DNA of 63,460 nucleotides, filler included, from Stramenopiles sp. TOSAG23-2 (Eukaryota): NCBI GenBank assembly GCA_900128395.1. It is 22 parts of 22 records of this genome, joined end to end, with 100 filler letters (N's around TTAATTAATTAA, not from the genome) between each part and the next. Parts side by side here need not be neighbours in the genome. Positions count along the whole stretch, not along the records: positions 58,311 to 61,259 come from LT651446.1; positions 61,360 to 62,360 come from LT654093.1; positions 62,461 to 63,460 come from LT654094.1; 19 more parts are not named here. One strand, 5' to 3'. Shown piece by piece: positions 59,032 to 63,460 of this stretch (position 1 is its first letter; each line of letters starts with the position of its first letter). The notes under the pieces were generated by a model. It saw only the letters and a program-made list of their open reading frames with translations, ran no database searches and was not told where the DNA came from. The position numbers and the translations under genes were made by a program.

Positions 59032-60822
59032 ATGCCATCTAATAATATATTAAATAAATTAAAAGATCATGGTACCTCTGGGAAACATGATCTTGCGCCA
59101 TCAACTGTAGGAAATGATGGAAGTAGCATAACAACAACTACTGGTGTTACAACAACAACAACAAGAAGGTCAAAACGTCAGAAGAAATATCAATTTCAAC
59201 AATTTGATCCGGTATTTGTAATATGGGATGACAATGTAGAATATCCTGGGTTCATTAACCGTGTGTTTGAAGGTGGACGATATGATGTTTTTATGGATGG
59301 AACAGATACTACACTTTGGACAAGAGGTTACATAACTAAAAATAATTTGAGGCGAAGACAGACTGAAGAAAAATTCGACCGAAACAAATACGTTGTAGAC
59401 GATGATGAGGTGGATAGTATTAGTAATAGCAATGACACACCAACAACAGAAAAGAAAGTTAACAAAGCTAAAACAAAAAAGGAAAATAAATGGAAAGGTG
59501 ATGTTAAATTTGAGTCCACATTGAATGGTAGCAGCAGCAACTGTAGCAGCAATTTCAAAAGCAAGAAAGTCAAAATAAAAAAAGAATATAAATATGTGAA
59601 ACGTGAGTTCAGTTCTAATGGTGGCAGCAGCAGCAACAACAACAATTCCAAAAGTAAGAAAGTCACGGGAGACAAAGAAAGTTGGAAAGGTGAGGTTAAA
59701 CATGAGTTCAGTTCTAATAGTGGCAGCAGCAGTAGCAATTCCAAAAGTAAGCAAATCAAAAGAAAAAAAGAAGTTAAATGTAACAATTGTAACAATGTTA
59801 ATACAAATTTCAACTGGAATAATATTGGACCATTTAAAGTAGAAGATAAGATATATGATTTCTTAAATGATCAAGAAGGTCTTGAAGATGAAAATGGAGT
59901 CGAATATCCAATCGTAGAACCTATCAAAACTCTTGAAGATATATTTATGTTTCATTTTAATCCTTGGATAAGCTCTAAAAAAAAATTGAATCGACATTTT
60001 GGAACTTTTTTACGAGAAGGTCTAGTATGTGTTGGGTGGTATTTACTACCTGAAGATGATATTTGTACTATGCATCAAATGAATATCAATAAAGTTAGAG
60101 AGTTTATGGAATTGAGCCCTGGTCCAGAGGCTCAATTTCCAATTGTTGCAACCCATGACTGGATGCAACATCCAGATATGTCCCATCTACGCAGTCAAGA
60201 TAAATACAAATACAACATGGATCAACAACGTGCTGGTGCATCTAGATTGAATATAATGGCAAAAGATTGGAATGGCGGTAAATCCATAATTCCTTGGTAC
60301 TTTGGTAGAGCCAAAGTAGGTGCACATGTTATAATGAGACATAGCTCTGGATACCAAAATTGCCCATACACAAAATTAACATGTCCATTCTTGTATACTA
60401 ATGATGGGCGATACATACCAGGTGCTCGATCTGGTGTGTATGTGATTGGTGAGATTGTGGAACTACCACCAGGCACTATGTTAGAACCTGAAGTCATTCC
60501 AGAAATGGATGCTCATGGAGATTTAATTTGGACTCAAACCAGGTTAAGAGTGTCATGGAAAAGAATGGGCATGTTGGGTATGTTGCAAGAAGAAACAAAA
60601 AGTTATTTAAAAGGTATTGTTAATAGTACAGCATCACCATTAATTAGCAACCCTGGAAATGAGTATAAAGGACGAAATCCACGTAAAGATTTATGGGAGA
60701 AAGCAGTGTATGAAATTCCTACTGTTGAAAATGGGGGATTATATAAACCAACACTGGAACAGATATTGCAAATACGTATGGAGATAACTGATCTACGAGA
60801 GGTGGATGATCACAATAATTAA
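59032..60822 (+). CDS. Nuclear-type protein: Tudor/Agenet-like N-domain, basic linker, PUA/EVE-like C-domain
   Basis: FDPVFVIWDDNVEYPGFI...YDVFMDG; C-terminal FLREGLVCVGW...AKVGAHVIMR...YVIGEIV...RLRVSW. Confidence 0.6.
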   Translation: MPSNNILNKLKDHGTSGKHDLAPSTVGNDGSSITTTTGVTTTTTRRSKRQKKYQFQQFDPVFVIWDDNVEYPGFINRVFEGGRYDVFMDGTDTTLWTRGYITKNNLRRRQTEEKFDRNKYVVDDDEVDSISNSNDTPTTEKKVNKAKTKKENKWKGDVKFESTLNGSSSNCSSNFKSKKVKIKKEYKYVKREFSSNGGSSSNNNNSKSKKVTGDKESWKGEVKHEFSSNSGSSSSNSKSKQIKRKKEVKCNNCNNVNTNFNWNNIGPFKVEDKIYDFLNDQEGLEDENGVEYPIVEPIKTLEDIFMFHFNPWISSKKKLNRHFGTFLREGLVCVGWYLLPEDDICTMHQMNINKVREFMELSPGPEAQFPIVATHDWMQHPDMSHLRSQDKYKYNMDQQRAGASRLNIMAKDWNGGKSIIPWYFGRAKVGAHVIMRHSSGYQNCPYTKLTCPFLYTNDGRYIPGARSGVYVIGEIVELPPGTMLEPEVIPEMDAHGDLIWTQTRLRVSWKRMGMLGMLQEETKSYLKGIVNSTASPLISNPGNEYKGRNPRKDLWEKAVYEIPTVENGGLYKPTLEQILQIRMEITDLREVDDHNN

Positions 60823-60950
60823 AAAATATACGCGAAGTATGTACAAAGTACTGATATTATGTGTGTGAGAGTGCATATTATATGACAATATACGAAGCGT
60901 ATTATATATATAAAATAATTTAATTTATGATGCACAGTCATAAAATTTAT

Positions 60951-61060
60951 ATACTCGTAATTTTTTATTAAAACGAATGATAATTCCTACATGCATATCA
61001 TATCATATGATACTCTATCATATCATATATAATGCATATGATACTCTTCAAAAGAATATG
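60951..61060 (-). repeat. Dispersed repeat family A, copy 4 (reverse, degenerate, interrupted by TATCA repeats)
   Basis: AATGATAATTCCTAC and TACTCTTCAAAAGAATAT are reverse complements of the two parts of copy 1. Confidence 0.65.
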
Positions 61061-61359
61061 CATATCATATGACCATATCATAATATCATGTGCACAACAG
61101 TAATAAAACATATCGTGTCTCAATACTCCCATAATAGAAAATACTGAAAGACAATATACATAAAACCTTCTTGTTTTTGTAAAATATGAAATCTCAGTTG
61201 AGCACTAATATTTTATAAAAAGATACGAACCCGCGTATATTTAAACAATAAAAAACATANNNNNNNNNNNNNNNNNNNNNNNNNNNNNNNNNNNNNNNNN
61301 NNNTTAATTAATTAANNNNNNNNNNNNNNNNNNNNNNNNNNNNNNNNNNNNNNNNNNNN

Positions 61360-62360
61360 CTCGACAAATGTTGTTGTTAACATAACGGCTGATCCGAGTA
61401 AGATGAACGAAGTCACTAATCCCGATGGCAATAAAAAATCAGGATTTTTACATTTTGGATATACAAGTACCTCAGATGATAGAATGTCTTTAGATGTTTA
61501 TGATTCGAGACACTATGGGGATGCATCATTTTGGGTATATTTACTGCTGCCGCCATTAGCATATGGTTTCATGATACCATTGTTAGATGCATTATATAAA
61601 CGTTTAGCGACACAATTAAATAAATGGGAAAACCATGAAACAGAATCAGCATATCAAAATTCACTTATAACGAAGGTAGTATTTTTCAAATTAATAAATG
61701 CATTTTGTTCATTGTATTACTTTGCTTTTTCTGGCAGGCATCCAATACTACGTTTAACATCGCAACTAGCATCTTTCATGATTGCCGGACAGATACTTAA
61801 TAATACGAAAGAAGTCTTAGTGCCATGTATGAAATTCCGGGCTAAACAATATTTATCAAAAAGGCAATTAAGGAAAGCAGTTAGTGAATCCACTTTAAGC
61901 AAACGTCGAATCCGCCAGGCAACATCGACAGCATGGGAAGAATCACGAAAACCAATATATGACACTTTTGCTGATTATGCTGAAATGATTGTACAATTTG
62001 GTTATGTAACCTTTTTTTCTATGGCATTTCCATTGGCTCCGGTATGTGCATTAGTAAATAACTTGATTGAAATACGCACTGATGCGTACAAATTAACTTA
62101 TCATACGCAGCGCCCAGTGGCCAGAAAAGCCGGTGGTATCGGTGTCTGGTTTCCAATCTTGCAAATAATGAGCGTATTTGCTGTCATGACTAACTTAGCC
62201 ATTATTGGGTTTACGACAGGGCAATTGCAATATTATTTCCCCAATTGGAGTAATACGGAGAAAATGTTTGCCGTCTTTGTTTTTGAGCATATTGTATTGG
62301 TTATAATGTTTTTGATTTATTTCGTTGTTCCACAAATGCCGCGTTGGGTGGAAATTGCTG
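61360..62360 (+). CDS. Anoctamin (TMEM16, ANO8/10-like), internal fragment
   Basis: WENHET, DYAEMIVQFGYVTFFSMAFPLAP, NNLIEIRTDAYKL, GIGVW, FEH. Confidence 0.95.
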
Positions 62361-63460
62361 NNNNNNNNNNNNNNNNNNNNNNNNNNNNNNNNNNNNNNNN
62401 NNNNTTAATTAATTAANNNNNNNNNNNNNNNNNNNNNNNNNNNNNNNNNNNNNNNNNNNNGTCCTATAATTATAACTAGATTGTGTTCTCCCTATTTATG
62501 GCGTTAGTAAAGCGTTGGGCAAATAGTATTATTTTGATTGTAATTTATACTTATTTCTTAATTCTATCAAAAATATCGTTGGATTTCAGTATATTTTTTA
62601 GATTACAGTAAAATCCTATAAAATAAATAAATAAACAATAACATAGAACTATAAACTATAAGGCAGTTAGGAAAAGTTAGGAAAGTTTAGGCATAATTAG
62701 GCAGAAGCGCGATATAAGTATTACTAGACTATATAAATAAAATGCTGTTGTTGTGAATAATAATGTGATATTATAATAATGACGGAAGGAAAAAAATAAT
62801 AATGATTCACCCCCTCTCTTTTTCAGGAATGATACTATTATAATATAATTTATAATATTAATACGTGCTGGTGCATGCGGGCATGCATATACTGTAAAAA
62901 ATAATTACATGTATTAGATATATTTATACAGTATAGAATATATTTTCAATACAATCATCAAGTCGTCAGGTACCGCACGGGTATTTTAATTTTAAAATGT
63001 GCACGAAGACGCTGTGAATTTCTCTCGCAAAATTTACTAATTTTACCTATCAAATGACAATAATTTATATACTATGTGTAAATTAGAATACTATAAGTAG
63101 AATAAGACGATTTGTGCATATTTTAATTTGGTGGTTGTTGCATGCAAATAATAATATTTTTTGCCATTTTTTTTTGGCAATATTCGGTCTACAGTACCAA
63201 ATATTATTGCCAGATTGCAAGGGGAATTTATCCTATATGCACTTTTTGACCCCAGGCCTTTTTCCCCAAAATTTGGCTAGTTCCCTTAATTATACTGTAA
63301 TGCTATGTACATACTATAGATATAATATAGACACAGAACTATAGTACTCTATAGTATATGTAATAATTTTTAGATAAACTGTAAAAATATACCGAAAGTC
63401 TGAAAAACAGTCTATTTTAACTATATTAGTAAAAGATATTCGATCATTATGTAATGTGAA

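Noticed and set aside
59170..59813. Long antisense ORFs here and opposite other genes (e.g. 40477..40923, 33850..34242)
   Set aside because: They are shadows of low-complexity coding sequence on the other strand, with no recognisable motifs.
2984..62460. Regularly spaced TTAATTAATTAA palindromes as a biological repeat, and gene clusters spanning them
   Set aside because: They are artificial linkers between size-sorted contigs. The apparent clustering of the kinase-ART contig with the two LRR contigs is therefore not evidence of linkage.

Overview
This window is not one locus. It is 22 short contigs, mostly about 3 kb and sorted by decreasing length, joined by 21 artificial 100-nt linkers (N44-TTAATTAATTAA-N44), so gene neighbourhood is meaningful only within a contig. 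The source is an AT-rich, intron-poor eukaryote with short GT-AG introns and CTAAC branch points. It is probably a protist; a marine stramenopile-like single-cell or metagenome assembly is a guess. Ordinary genes include a CPA1 Na+/H+ antiporter, a front-end desaturase, a PPPDE peptidase, a GT29, a BAH-bromodomain protein, MetRS, PDI, a PKD2-like channel and an anoctamin. Highlights: (1) a selenoprotein missed by the ORF track, a spliced GILT-type thiol reductase with in-frame TGA in a U-P-G-C motif and a type II SECIS in its 3' UTR; (2) a protein kinase fused to an R-S-E ADP-ribosyltransferase-like domain; (3) LRR genes whose 78-bp modules vary almost only at exposed beta-strand positions, one next to a SAP-repeat/HNH-like nuclease gene; (4) a structured intergenic region at 32.0-33.3 kb, with a 180-nt multi-hairpin element, hairpins and a 125-bp higher-order tandem array whose ACA(C/T)AGCA motif recurs in a second array and in inverted-repeat elements on other contigs; (5) a dispersed element found just downstream of four unrelated genes; (6) F-box-kinesin, doubled-PDI and Tudor-like/PUA-like fusions. 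Domain calls come from motif recognition by eye, not from searches. Several exact tandem duplications and fold-backs look like amplification or assembly artefacts.
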